Shown here piece after piece: positions 26,061 through 38,100 of a DNA stretch of 64,000 bases. The notes beneath the pieces are model-generated. The model searched no databases and was not told the DNA's origin. It saw nothing but the letters and a program-made list of their open reading frames with translations. How positions within the stretch are numbered: the first letter of the stretch is position 1; each line of letters begins with the position of its first letter. The stretch is from Euglena gracilis (Eukaryota), in NCBI GenBank assembly GCA_039621445.1, contig CP154954.1:48091847-48155846 (forward strand), given 5' to 3'. A program made the position numbers and the translations under genes.

Positions 26061-26062
26061 GT

Positions 26063-26149
<87 letters not shown>

Positions 26150-29100
26150 GTGTGTGTGTGTGTACACACACACACACACACACAGCAGCGAGATTGGCAG
26201 CGAGATTCTACTTGACCCCCCCCCACCGGGGGGACAAGTAGAATCTGCAGGGGGGCCAAATTTCTTTTTACGTTAACGATGGAGCAGGGTTAGGGTTAGG
26301 AGCATACATCTCTCTGAGGTTTTGCGACCCCCCCCCTGGGGGGGCGGCTGCAGCCAGCCCCGATTTGGGCCCAGCCCAGCCGCAGCAGCCCCCTCCCCCC
26401 GGGGGGGGGGGGGTGCTGCTACCCATAGCTACCCAGACCTTTTTGGGGGTCCAGCCCAAAAGTTTTCCGCGGAAACCGCCGAAATTTTTTTTGAAAAACT
26501 GTGTTCAAAACTGGCCAAACATGGGGTTTGGGGGGCGTTTGGGGCATTTTTGCGGGGTTTCAGATGCATCATTTTTTTCAAAACTGTGTTCTGCAGGTCA
26601 TTTTTGGGCATTTTTCCGTTTTAAATCCAGCTCGCCCCGGTTCGGGTCCAGCCGGGGTCCAGCCCCCCCCCCCCCCCGGGGGGGAGCTAGCCAGCCCAAA
26701 TTTCTAGCCCTAACCCAGCAACCCCCCCCCCCGGGGCCTTAAAGAGAAGTATGGTTAAGGGTTTGGCCTGGCTTTAGGCCTGACTTGCACACCTAACACC
26801 CGTCCATAAGTTAGGCCTGAAGTTAGGCCCAACTCCTGACCCTAACCCCATTCCATTCATAACGCAAAATTTTTCGCGAACCCCCCCTGGAGATTCTACT
26901 TGGCCCCCCCAGGGGGGCCAAGTGGAATCTCGCTGCCATACATATTACAATTATATGCCTGTATTGTATTATAATATACATACACACATATTAAAAATAC
27001 AACTGTATATACAATATACAATTGTGTATACAATTGTATATTGCATTGCTGGTGTAGGTTGTCTGCCTGCGTTGCGAGTGTGAAGTGGAAGCTGTGTGGC
27101 TTTCCTCCCACGCGGCAGGCCGATTTGTGTTGAAACGCCAGTTCCCTTTTTCTTTCAATGGACAAACGTCGTCCGTGGAATGATGAGCAACAGACGGTGA
27201 ATTCCACGCGCGCCGTGTGCCGTTTGTCACGTGACGTGGACTCTGGGAGAGCACTGGCTTCCAGTTGAAGGAGCTGGCGGTGGTGAAGAAGAGAACGTTG
27301 GCGAAGGAAATCGGGGCCCTGGAGGCGAAGGTCCGCGATGGTGAGGCGGAGGTGGCGGCGCACGCCCGGGAGCTGGCGGCCTGTACGGGTCGGCCAGCCA
27401 GCCCTTCGCCCACAATGGTTTAGCTTTGGATCGCGGCAACGGGTGGCAAGGGTTGCGATGGTTTGCGTTGTCTTGCAGGGCGATCCAACGCAACTGTTGG
27501 CACTGTGCATTTTGAAATTTAACACAAAAGATCAGCCAAACATTCTGAATGGCATGTGTGTGGGAGGATGACTGAGAACTCGCTGACTAGGGCTGACTAG
27601 GGTGAAAGCCGGAAACCCTTTGGGTGTGGGTGGGGTCGACCCCCCACCCTTCCTAGTTTCAAGGGCCCCATTTTTGTGTCCAGAATTTCCTTGGCACCTT
27701 CCTCACCAATCAAATTTTTTTTGTGAAGTGCGACCCCCTCCCGCCTCCACCTCCACCCTCCGCCCGGATGGGGAGTCTGCCCCCCCCCCCTGCCAGCCCT
27801 CCCGTTGCCAGCCCTCTTCCTTGAGGGGTCAGGTTCCCAGGGTGTGCGATCTGGCAGGCGACTAGCACAAGCGATGAGGTCCTGGCCCTGGCCGCACGGG
27901 TGGCGGCCATTCGACACGCGCCCCTACTACCACCCCCCCTTCTCACTCCACCTATCAGACGGTTCCATCGACCCGGGTGTGGGCATCCACTAAGCTTTAT
28001 GAGACAAATACCTCATTATCGCACCCAATTTCTTCGTAATCTCCATCTGCTGCCAGTGGCGACCCCCCGCCTGTCCTCATCAACTTTGCCACACCCGCCC
28101 TCTTTTGGCGAAAGAATTTTCATTACCCCCCCCCCCACGTTTGGCGGGATACTTAGGCTACCTTATCTTTCTAAAAGGCCTTTGATTTTCCGTCCTTTTC
28201 AGTGGGCTCCGACGCGCTTCTCCACGATCCCTGCTTCAAGGCTCACCTCCAAACAGGAAATCGCATCCCCCAGGGGAGGCGGTATGACTGGTGCGGAATG
28301 TTTTTCTCACGAGGAAGTGGAATCTAAGGAACACATTGACCAAGGGCAATTTTTATTTTTTGCGAAGGTGTGCCAATGAAGAATTTGCATGCCCATGGGG
28401 CGCTCAAAGGGAACATGCACAAACGTCCCCCTCCCTTCTTTCCATCCATGGAGTATCAACATTTTTTTGTTTGTTCAAGCTTTGGGACACTGCACACTTT
28501 GGGAAGGTGTTGCAGCCGCTTGGTGGTGCTGGTGCAGGAAAAAAGAGGTCTTGCCCTCCGACCCGGCCCTTACGCTAGCCAACAGAGAACGAGTCCACAG
28601 ACAGAGGCGGAATCCAGCCAGGCCAAAGAGGGCTACGAAAGGCACCACACAAACCGCCACAGTGCACACAGGGGGTGGGCTTGCACCCAATGGCATGGGG
28701 TCGCCCATCTGCTGCCCAGGGTGGCTGCAGTTGCCTGCAATCAGCTGAGTCCCGGCGTACAGCTGCGGAGCAGGCGGCAACGTCAGGGCCCAATGGGACC
28801 GGCATGGGATCCCCGTTTGGCATGCAGTTAAGGGAATGAGGTTTTTTTATCTTCTCAAAGGTATTCCTTAATGTTCTCCGTAAACCAAACGAAGCAAAGG
28901 AAAAACGGGCGACCCGAGGCTGGGTCAAAATCCCAAACAGGAAACGCAAACCAGTCCCCCCCCCTTTTTCATTGGATGAGAAGTGTTCGAAGGGCACCAG
29001 AAACCACTTTTGTCCCCGGTGCCGATCCGCCGCTGTCAAAAATATTTTCGCCCCCCCCCCCCCAACACCAACGAAGGTCTGGGGATGGCAAGGCTTGCTT

Positions 29101-32100
29101 GCTTCGGTCACCCCCGGATCGCCTTGCGGGGGGCGCCGGCCCGCCCCCACCCCCTCCCCATTCCGCCCTGCACAGCAATCCTGCGCGAGGAGCTGGCGGC
29201 CGCCCAGCGGCGGGCGGTGGAGCTGCTGGCCCAGGCGGAGGCGCACGGCGCGACCGCCCACCCGGCTGGCGGTGGACCCCCCGCCGGGGAGGGGGGCCGT
29301 TGGGGAGGGGTTGGAGGCGTTGAAGGCCGGGCTGGCCACGCTCTGCGGCACCAGGTCCCCAGCCAGGATACCCCCCCCCCCCCTTTATTGACCGTGGATG
29401 GGGGGTGAACCTGCGAAGGGGTACCGGCCAGACACCAACGTGCCCCCTCCCTTTTCCTCTTCCATGCTGCTGGGTGGCATTTTCCTTTTTTTTTTTTTGT
29501 CGAAGAACAGCTTTGGCAGCCCACTTTTTTGTCCCATTTTTTTTGCCAGTTTCGGATGTGCCGTTAGGCACCAGAGACCCCCCCCCCCCGCCCTTCCGCC
29601 AGCCCGGGTGTCTGCACCGCCGCCCTCCGCCGGGCAGAGCAGCAGCGGGACGAGGCGGAGTGGGGCCAACGGGAGGCGGAGCGGCAGGCGGGCGGACTAC
29701 GGGGACAGCTCGCGGAGGCACAGCGCGAGGCGGCCGCCCTGCGGGAGCGCCTGCGGGCCCTCGCGGCAGCGGAGGCGGCCGGCGCCACACAAGCCAGGGA
29801 GCGGGCGCACGCGGACCGCCAGGCCCCTGGCCTCCCGCGGGTATGGACCCCTGGTTGGCTTGCTGTGGGGGGGGGGCACGGGGCATGGCGGAGGACCAAT
29901 TTACCTCCCCCTTGTCTAAGCACCACCCCCTGGTTCTTACCCAACTTCTCAAAGGTCATCTTCTCGGGGAGACTTATTTTGTGCGCGCTTTAGGGAAAGT
30001 TTCTCGAAAAATTTGAAAATTTAGAAGCTTTTGAAGCCTGATTTGGTGGGACATTGTTGATTTTTGCATCCAAGTGCAGCAGTGGACCATCAAAATAGGA
30101 GAAAATTTTCCTTTTCGGCGCGAACCACCAAATTTTTTTGCTGTCAAAAATTTCCCCCTTGTCTAAGCACCACCCCCATGTTTGGAAAATTGAACACCCC
30201 CCGGTTCTTACCCATCATTACCCGGAGCCGTCCATTTCGCCTTGGTTTCCGGCAGCCCAAATTGTTATTTTATTTTTTCTTTCGATCTTTGAGAGCCCCC
30301 GCGGTTGCCGGCACTTTTTTTCCAGACTGGAGTCACTTGGCCCTACAAAATGCCCGTCTGGAAAATACCAGCAACACAAGACCGCCACAATTGCAGTTTT
30401 GGTCCTCTGGCCACGGTCGGGTCCCCAGTGCGAAAGGCTGTGTTCTCCCATTGGCGCAGCGGGCTGGCGGGTGGGAGGCCGCCGACCGGCTCGCGGCCCA
30501 CGAGGCGCAGTGGGCGGCACTGCAGGCGGCGACTGCGGCGCAGCACGCGGCCCAGCTGGCGGCCGTGGAGGGCCGGCACGCCGAGGCCGACCAGCGGCTG
30601 GCGGACATGCCCGGGGCCGCTCCCGATGTTGCAATCGTCTCCCACCCTGCCCTTCGCTTCGTACTCCGATGATGGCTTGTGCGGCCCCGGCGAGCCATCG
30701 GTGTCCATCCGGCACATATTACAGTTTGGGGGGTTGGCATTGCGGGTCCACAGCGAACGGCCCTGCCGGCGGCGGAGCGGTGCCGCGCCCTGGAGGCGGA
30801 GCTGGCGGGGGAGCAGCGGCTGCGGGGGACGCTGCAGGACGAGCTCGGGGAGGCGGAGATGACGGCCGCCGCCCGCGAGGCCGCGGTGGCGGACCTTCGG
30901 GCCCACTCGCCGCGTTGCTCCCCAAGGACGGTGTGGTGGGCGGGCGCAGGGCTGAACGGGGATCCCCGAAACCCTGTGGGTGGTGGATGGTTGGGGGCGG
31001 CCCATTGAGGCAGGGTTGAAGGGACCCCCTTCTGCGGATCTGCCGAGATGTTGCTAAAATGCAAAAAAGAAGCAATTCCGAACAATGAAGAATTTTTCGA
31101 ATTCACCGTTTGTCACGGACCATCCCCGAAGTTTGATCACCTCAAACTGTGTAAGCGCGGAATACATTGAAGCATTTTCACCCCCCCCCCCTTGTATGAA
31201 AGATGTGTGCTGCAAGGAAAATTGAAGTGACCTGGGTGTGCAGCCACAGTTGCAAGCCACGGCACCCATGTTTCCTCGATGCAAAATGCAGCAGAATATC
31301 CCGCAATGTTTTGTTTTCCTTCCCGAATGATGAGTTCGCCTGTGCGACACATGAAGGTCATGCTGACTGGAAAGCATTTTCACACCACATCAAAAGGCAG
31401 CTTGCTTGCATCCTACCTGTGAAAGAAAATTTAAATTGAAACGTTATTTATAAAATTGAAATTTTAATTTGAAAATTTACAATTTAAAAGAGCATTTATT
31501 TTGTGGCACAACTCCTTCGCCTCACGCTCATGGCTCTGTAATATTGTTTTTTGGGTCTCAATATCAAAATGCCCACCAATTTCCCCATTTCTCTCGCAAG
31601 GCTCACAGCCACCACAGCAACACGGTGGCGCCGCCTGCAGGCCGCAGAGGAACAGCTTGCGGGTGCCCATCACTCCTCCTCGGCGCGGCTGCAGGAGGCT
31701 GAGGAGCGTGCGGCACTCGCAGGACCACTGTCATTGAACAAATTGGACCACTCTGGATTAAATAGTTTTGGAGGGTGCACAACCGTTTCTCTCGCGAGGC
31801 TTGCACAAAAATGGGTTCATTCGCCCCAGGGCGTTCCAAGAGGGACAGGGCTTTTTTCTTGGAAAGGAGCCACCAAGGCCAAACTGGGACTCAAACAGTG
31901 TCAAAAATTAAAAGTCGAAAAACTCATTTTTTGAGCTTCTGGCTGGTTTGGCGATTGTCCAAGGATGCCAGAAATCACTTTTTTTTTCCAGATGTGGACC
32001 TGTTTTGCCAAAACATGGCCATTTTTTGGCCATTCTTCCTCTGATTTTTTCATTGATCGCGTGCTCGGACATCAGAGTTTCTTTTTTTTTTTTTGCTTAA

Positions 32101-35100
32101 GGACCACCCTGTCGATTGTTCTCAAAAATCGACAATTTTTTTGGCAAACTCTTTTTCATAATTTGGAAGATTCTGACTGGGACAAGCCCCTCCCCTGATG
32201 AGGTCATGCACCAAAGGGCAAGGGTTATGGTCCCATGCATCCACATCACACCCCACCCTCGCAACAGTGACTCACCATCGAAGGCTGGGGTTCAGTTGAA
32301 GCAAAGCCACAGTGTTTTGTGGCTTGGAACTCTCACACAATGAACTGCAGACTCCCCGTCTGCTTCCACCCCGCAGACGAGACCACCTGCCGAATCCTGG
32401 AAATTACCCAAAAGTCCACCGCCAAAAATCAGACCCCGACCTTGCCCCCCCCCCCCCAGCTGTGCGCATATGCCTTACACCTAAACCATGCATCAAACCA
32501 CCCCCAAAGCCCTACGGGGATCAGCAATCAACCCAAAGGGTTGGAAAGATTCGGGGACGCTCGTGGCCTGGAATTCATGATTGGCTCGCCCCCGCCCTCC
32601 CGTCCCAAACCTGCCCCCTGGCCAGGCCAGCGACGGCGGCCCTGCGGCGCCGGCCCTCTCCCGACAGTTGGCGGCCGCCGCCGGGCGCGCCGCGCAGGAG
32701 GCAGCGGCTTGGGAGCAGGAGAGGGCCCGGCTGACGGACCGGCTGCGCAGGGGGCGCCCCGATGGGGGCACCTGTTCGGGGGGGGGGGTGGAGAGCGGGC
32801 CCCGCCCTGATGGACCCCCCGAAAGGAATGCGCACCGTCGCAATTGTACGCCCCCCGATGAGTGTGCACCGCGGGGGTCCGAAGCTTCCTCCCTGAAAAG
32901 TGCGCACCGCACCGCCCAACTGGGATTACGCCTGCTTCCGTTTTTTGACCATTTTGGGGAATTTCGGGCCGCCTATACCGAGTTTGGCCAACCTTGGGCA
33001 ATTCGACCCAGTTTGTGACCAGTCTGGGGCCATTTTCACCATTTTTTTTGTACAGTTTTGTCCCATTTTTGGGGGGGGTGATTTTTGTTCCCGTCCTAAT
33101 ACGTGACCGTTTCTGGAAGCGCGCCGCCACGTATTTGTCGGGGTGGGGGTCGCCTGCCGCGGCGACCCCTGCCGGCAAGCCACGCCCAGCGGGAGGCACA
33201 GGAGCTGCGGCGCACCGTGGACGGGCTCTCCGCCACGGTGGAGGGCCTGCAGCGGCGCCAGGAAGGGGTGCAGGGGGAGATCTGTGAGGCAGCAAAGGAA
33301 AGGTGCCGGCTGCTGGCTGACCAGGCGGCTGCCGTATTACTGCAGTTCGCTATGCTTGCTCAAACCCTTACGGCCGATACCCATCTTTTTCAAGTCAAGT
33401 GTGTGAGGTTTCATGTAGTATTTCTGAAGGTTTTGCCACGTGCACATTTCGCGTATTTTACGCATATTTAGCTCACATTTGAACGTCTTTTCAGGATTTA
33501 CCCGCTGCCTCTTCCATTCCCGTATGTTTTGACCATTTATTTTTTGGGGGCCATTTCTTGGCTTTCTCCAACCATTTTCATGCCATTCTCAGACACTATG
33601 GGCCAATTTTGGCCCTGTTTGGACGTCCATTGGTTATTTTTTTTGGCATTTTTGGCATATTTTTTTTGTCATTTGGGGCCATTTTTCATCATAAAATCAA
33701 ACCGATTTGTTGAAAATGGACGAAGTAACCAGAAAGTGGTAAAAAAGGGTCCAAAATGCTCAAAAATGGTCGAAATTGTCCGAAAATGGCTGATTGTGCC
33801 AAATAAACCATCGGAGCTTACAATATGTCAATGGCTTACCATTTTTGCAAAAGGCAAGACCGGATATTAGCAATAACCGTTATTATTTTTTTTTTAAAAT
33901 ATACACAATGTTTCAAGTGGTTTAAGATTAAGGTCGATTAAATTGAGCAAAAATATATTTCAAAATAAACCTGACAGTCAGGAAGTAAAGAAGTTGGTCT
34001 CAATGCTCTAGATCCTTCACAGTACCAACAAGTTAACCAGTACCGAGGAAATGAACCAAATTAAAATTCAGAGAAATACATATATGAAAGATCTGATGAA
34101 AATCCGCACGCCAAGGAAGGCAGGTGCGCGCAGCTGATCTGGAAAGAGAAAAGAACGAAAGAACAATGGCAGAAGAGCAGGTGGCGGAGCTGAAGGGGCT
34201 GCTGGCAGCGTCGCACTCGCAGGGGGCGGACGTGGCGCGGGAGATGGTGGCGCTGCGGGAGCAGCTGCACGAGATGGAGGCGGAGAAGGGGCGCCTGGAG
34301 GAGGAGGCGACGGCCAGCCGAGCCCCTTCGGCGCTGGCAAAACTGGCGAGGGCGGGCTGCCGGTGCGGGTTGGGGTGGGCTGGGTGGGGCGATCCCTCCC
34401 TCCCCTGGTTCTTTCGAGCAACCCCAACCCCCCGTCCTGCACTGCCCCCCCTTGAATAATTTGCCGACGTTTTGGGGCTGGCCTGCTGCAAGCACCAAAG
34501 CACGGGTGTGGGCGGGCTGGTGGGGGGGGGGGGGTGCTTCCCCTGAACAAAAAGCGACCCAGGGTCCCCCGGCGGTCACAGCGAGGGTGGGGCTCAAAGC
34601 AGGCTCAGGGCAGTGGGCAGGCCCTCGCGTGGCCCCTCGGTGGGTTCCAGCACCTCGCAGGGGGGACGTGCAGAGGGTGAAGGGGCCGGCTGCCAGCACT
34701 GCTGAGCGACAAGCTGGCGGGTCTGGAGGAGCAGATGGCCGCTGCGGCGGAAGCAGCTCGACAGACGCTTGCGGCGGTGGAGGGGCAGGCGGCGGAGGAG
34801 CAGCGTCGCTTGTGCGAGGCGATGGAAGGAGCGAAAGTTGACCACCTGCTGGTCCAGGGATGGGGTGCCTTGCCACGCCCGTCCCAAAACCCACTCCCCA
34901 CCGTCCAGCTAGCCGCAATCTGTGAGTGGTGATCCACTGCCGAGGGCCCACCATTTTCTGCTTGGGGAGGGGGAGGGGCGGGGGCATGGGACGGCCAGAG
35001 CTGCCACGGGAGGAAGTTGGGGTGGGGGTCGGAGTGCCCTCGCGCGTTGTGGGACAGGTGGGAGTGCCAGGGTCGTTGGGAGGTTGTTTGCTGGGGCTCG

Positions 35101-38100
35101 GCGGGGGTGGGGAGACGGGCTTCTATAGAGATTGAGGACCACAACGTGCCCGCGTGGGAGTTGAGGGCTTTGGAGGATGGTTGGGGAGGGGGGTTGGCTG
35201 GACCGGCAAGTGCCGGCGCAGCGGAGGAGCAGACACAGGACATGGCACGGCAGCTCGCGGCCCAGGGGGAGGAGTGTGCACGGCTGACCACGGCGCTGGC
35301 GGAGGCCACAGCGGGACAGTCGGCGGTGGAGGCGCAGGTGGCGGAGCTGAAGGGGCTGCTGGCAGCGTCGCACTCGCAGGGGGCGGACGTGGCGCGGGAG
35401 ATGGTGGCGCTGCGGGAGCAGCTGCACGAGATGGAGGCGGAGAAGGGGCGCATGGAGGAGGAGGCGCCGGCCAGCCGAGCCCCTTCGGCGCTGGCAAAAC
35501 TGGCGAGGGCGGGCTGCCAGTGCGGGTTGGGGTGGGCTGGGTGGGGCGATCCCTCCCTCCCCTGGTTCTTTCGAGCAACCCCAACCCCCCGTCCTGCACT
35601 GCCCCCCCTTGAATAATTTGCCGACGTTTTGGGGCTGGCCTGCTGCAAGCACCAAAGCACGGGTGTGGACGGGCTGGTGGGGGTGCTTCCCCTGAACGAA
35701 AAGCGACCCAGGGTCCCCCGGCGGTCACAGCGAGGGTGGGGCTCAAAGCAGGCTCAGGGCAGTGGGCAGGCCCTCACGTGGCCCCTCGGTGGGTTCCAGC
35801 ACCTCGCAGGGGGGACGTGCAAAGGGTGAAGGGGCCGGCTGCCAGCACTGCTGAGCGACAAGCTGGCGGGTCTGGAGGAGCAGATGGCCGCTGCGGCGGA
35901 AGCAGCTCGGCAGACGCTTGCGGCGGTGGAGGGGCAGGCGGCGGAGGAGCAGCGTCGCTTGTGCGAGGCGATGGAAGGAGCGAAAGTTGACCACCTGCTG
36001 GTCCAAGGATGGGGTGCCTTGCCACGCCCGTCCCAAAACCCACTCCCCACCGTCCAGCTAGCCGCAATGCGTGAGTGGTGATCCACTGCCGAGGGCCCAC
36101 CATTTTCTGCTTGGGGAGGGGGGAGGGGCGGGGGCATGGGACGGCCAGAGCTGCCACGGGAGGAAGTTGGGGTGGGGGTCGGAGTGCCCTCGCGCGTTGT
36201 GGGACAGGTGGGAGTGCCAGGGTCGTTGGGAGGTTGTTTGCTGGGGCTTGGCGGGGGTGGGGAGACGGGCTTCTATAGAGATTGAGGACCACAACGTGCC
36301 CGCGTGGGAGTTGAGGGCTTTGGAGGATGGTTGGGGAGGGGGGTTGGCTGGACCGGCAGGTGCCGGTGCAGCGGAGGAGCAGACACAGGACATGGCGCGG
36401 CAGCTCGCGGCCCAGGGGGAGGAGTGTGCACGGCTGACCATGGCGCTGGCGGAGGCCATGGCGGGACAGTCGGCGGTGGAGGCGCAGGTGGCGGAGCTGA
36501 AGGGGCTGCTGGCAGCGTCGCACTCGCAGGGGGCGGACGTGGCGCGGGAGATGGTGGCGCTGCGGGAGCAGCTGCACGAGATGGAGGCGGAGAAGGGGCG
36601 CCTGGAGGAGGAGGCGACGGCCAGCCGAGCCCCTTCGCCGCTGGCAAAACTGGCGAGGGCGGGCTGCCGGTGCGGGTTGGGGTGGGCTGGGTGGGGCGAT
36701 CCCTCCCTCCCCTGGTTCTTTCGAGCAACCCCCACCCCCCGTCCTGCACTGCCCCCCCTTGAATAATTTGCCGACGTTTTGGGGCTGGCCTGCTGCAAGC
36801 ACCAAAGCACGGGTGTGGGCGGGCTGGTGGGGGGGGAGGTGCTTCCCCTGAACGAAAAGCGACCCAGGGTCCCCCGGCGGTCACAGCAAGGGTGGGGCTC
36901 AAAGCAGGCTCAGGGCAGTGGGCAGGCCCTCACGTGGCCCCTCGGTGGGTTCCAGCACCTCGCAGGGGGGACGTGCAAAGGGTGAAGGGGCCGGCTGCCA
37001 GCACTGCTGAGCGACAAGCTGGCGGGTCTGGAGGAGCAGATGGCCGCTGCGGCGGAAGCAGCTCGGCAGACGCTTGCGGCGGTGGAGGGGCAGGCGGCGG
37101 AGGAGCAGCGTCGCTTGTGCGAGGCGATGGAAGGAGCGAAAGTTGACCACCTGCTGGTCCAGGGATGGGGTGCCTTGCCACGCCCGTCCCAAAACCCGCT
37201 CCCCACCGTCCAGCTAGCCGCAATGCGTGAGTGGTGATCCACTGCCGAGGGCCCGACATTTTCTGCTTGGGGAGGGGGGGTGCGGGGCATGGGACGGCCA
37301 GAGCTGCCACGGGAGGAAGTTGGGGTGGGGGTCGGAGTGCCCTCGCGCGTTGTGGGACAGGTGGGAGTGCCGGGGTCGTTGGGAGGTTGTTTGCTGGGGC
37401 TCGGCGGGGGTGGGGAGACGGGCTTCTATAGAGATTGAGGGCCACAACGTGCCTGCGTGGGAGTTGAGGGTTTTGGAGGATGGTTGGGGAGGGGGGTTGG
37501 CTGGACCGGCAGGTGCCGGCGCAGCGGAGGAGCAGACACAGGACATGGCGCGGCAGCTCGCGGCCCAGGGGGAGGAGTGTGCACGGCTGACCACGGCGCT
37601 GGCGGAGGCCACGGCGGGACAGTCGGCGGTGGAGGCGCAGGTGGCGGAGCTGAAGGGGCTGCTGGCAGCGTCGCACTCGCAGGGGGCGGACGTGGCGCGG
37701 GAGATGGTGGCGCTGCGGGAGCAGCTGCACGAGATGGAGGCGGAGAAGGGGCGCCTGGAGGAGGAGGCGACGGCCAGCCGAGCCCCTTCGGCGCTGGCAA
37801 AACTGGCGAGGGCGGGCTGCCGGTGCGGGTTGGGGTGGTCTGGGTGGGGCGATCCCTCCCTCCCCTGGTTCTTTCGAGCAACCCCAACCCCCCGTCCTGC
37901 ACTGCCCCCCCTTGAATAATTTGCCGACGTTTTGGGGCTGGCCTGCTGCAAGCACCAAAGCACGGGTGTGGGCGGGCTGGTGGGGGGGGGAGGTGCTTCC
38001 CCTGAACGAAAAGCGACCCAGGGTCCCCCGGCGGTCACAGCGAGGGTGGGGCTCAAAGCAGGCTCAGGGCAGTGGGCAGGCCCTCACGTGGCCCCTCGGT

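Noticed and set aside
19666-26276. YI, CMYV and QTDR repeat ORFs
   Set aside because: These are translations of microsatellites.
26287-26300. TTAGGG telomere-like repeats (also near 5075)
   Set aside because: Only about two copies, lying inside MITEs.
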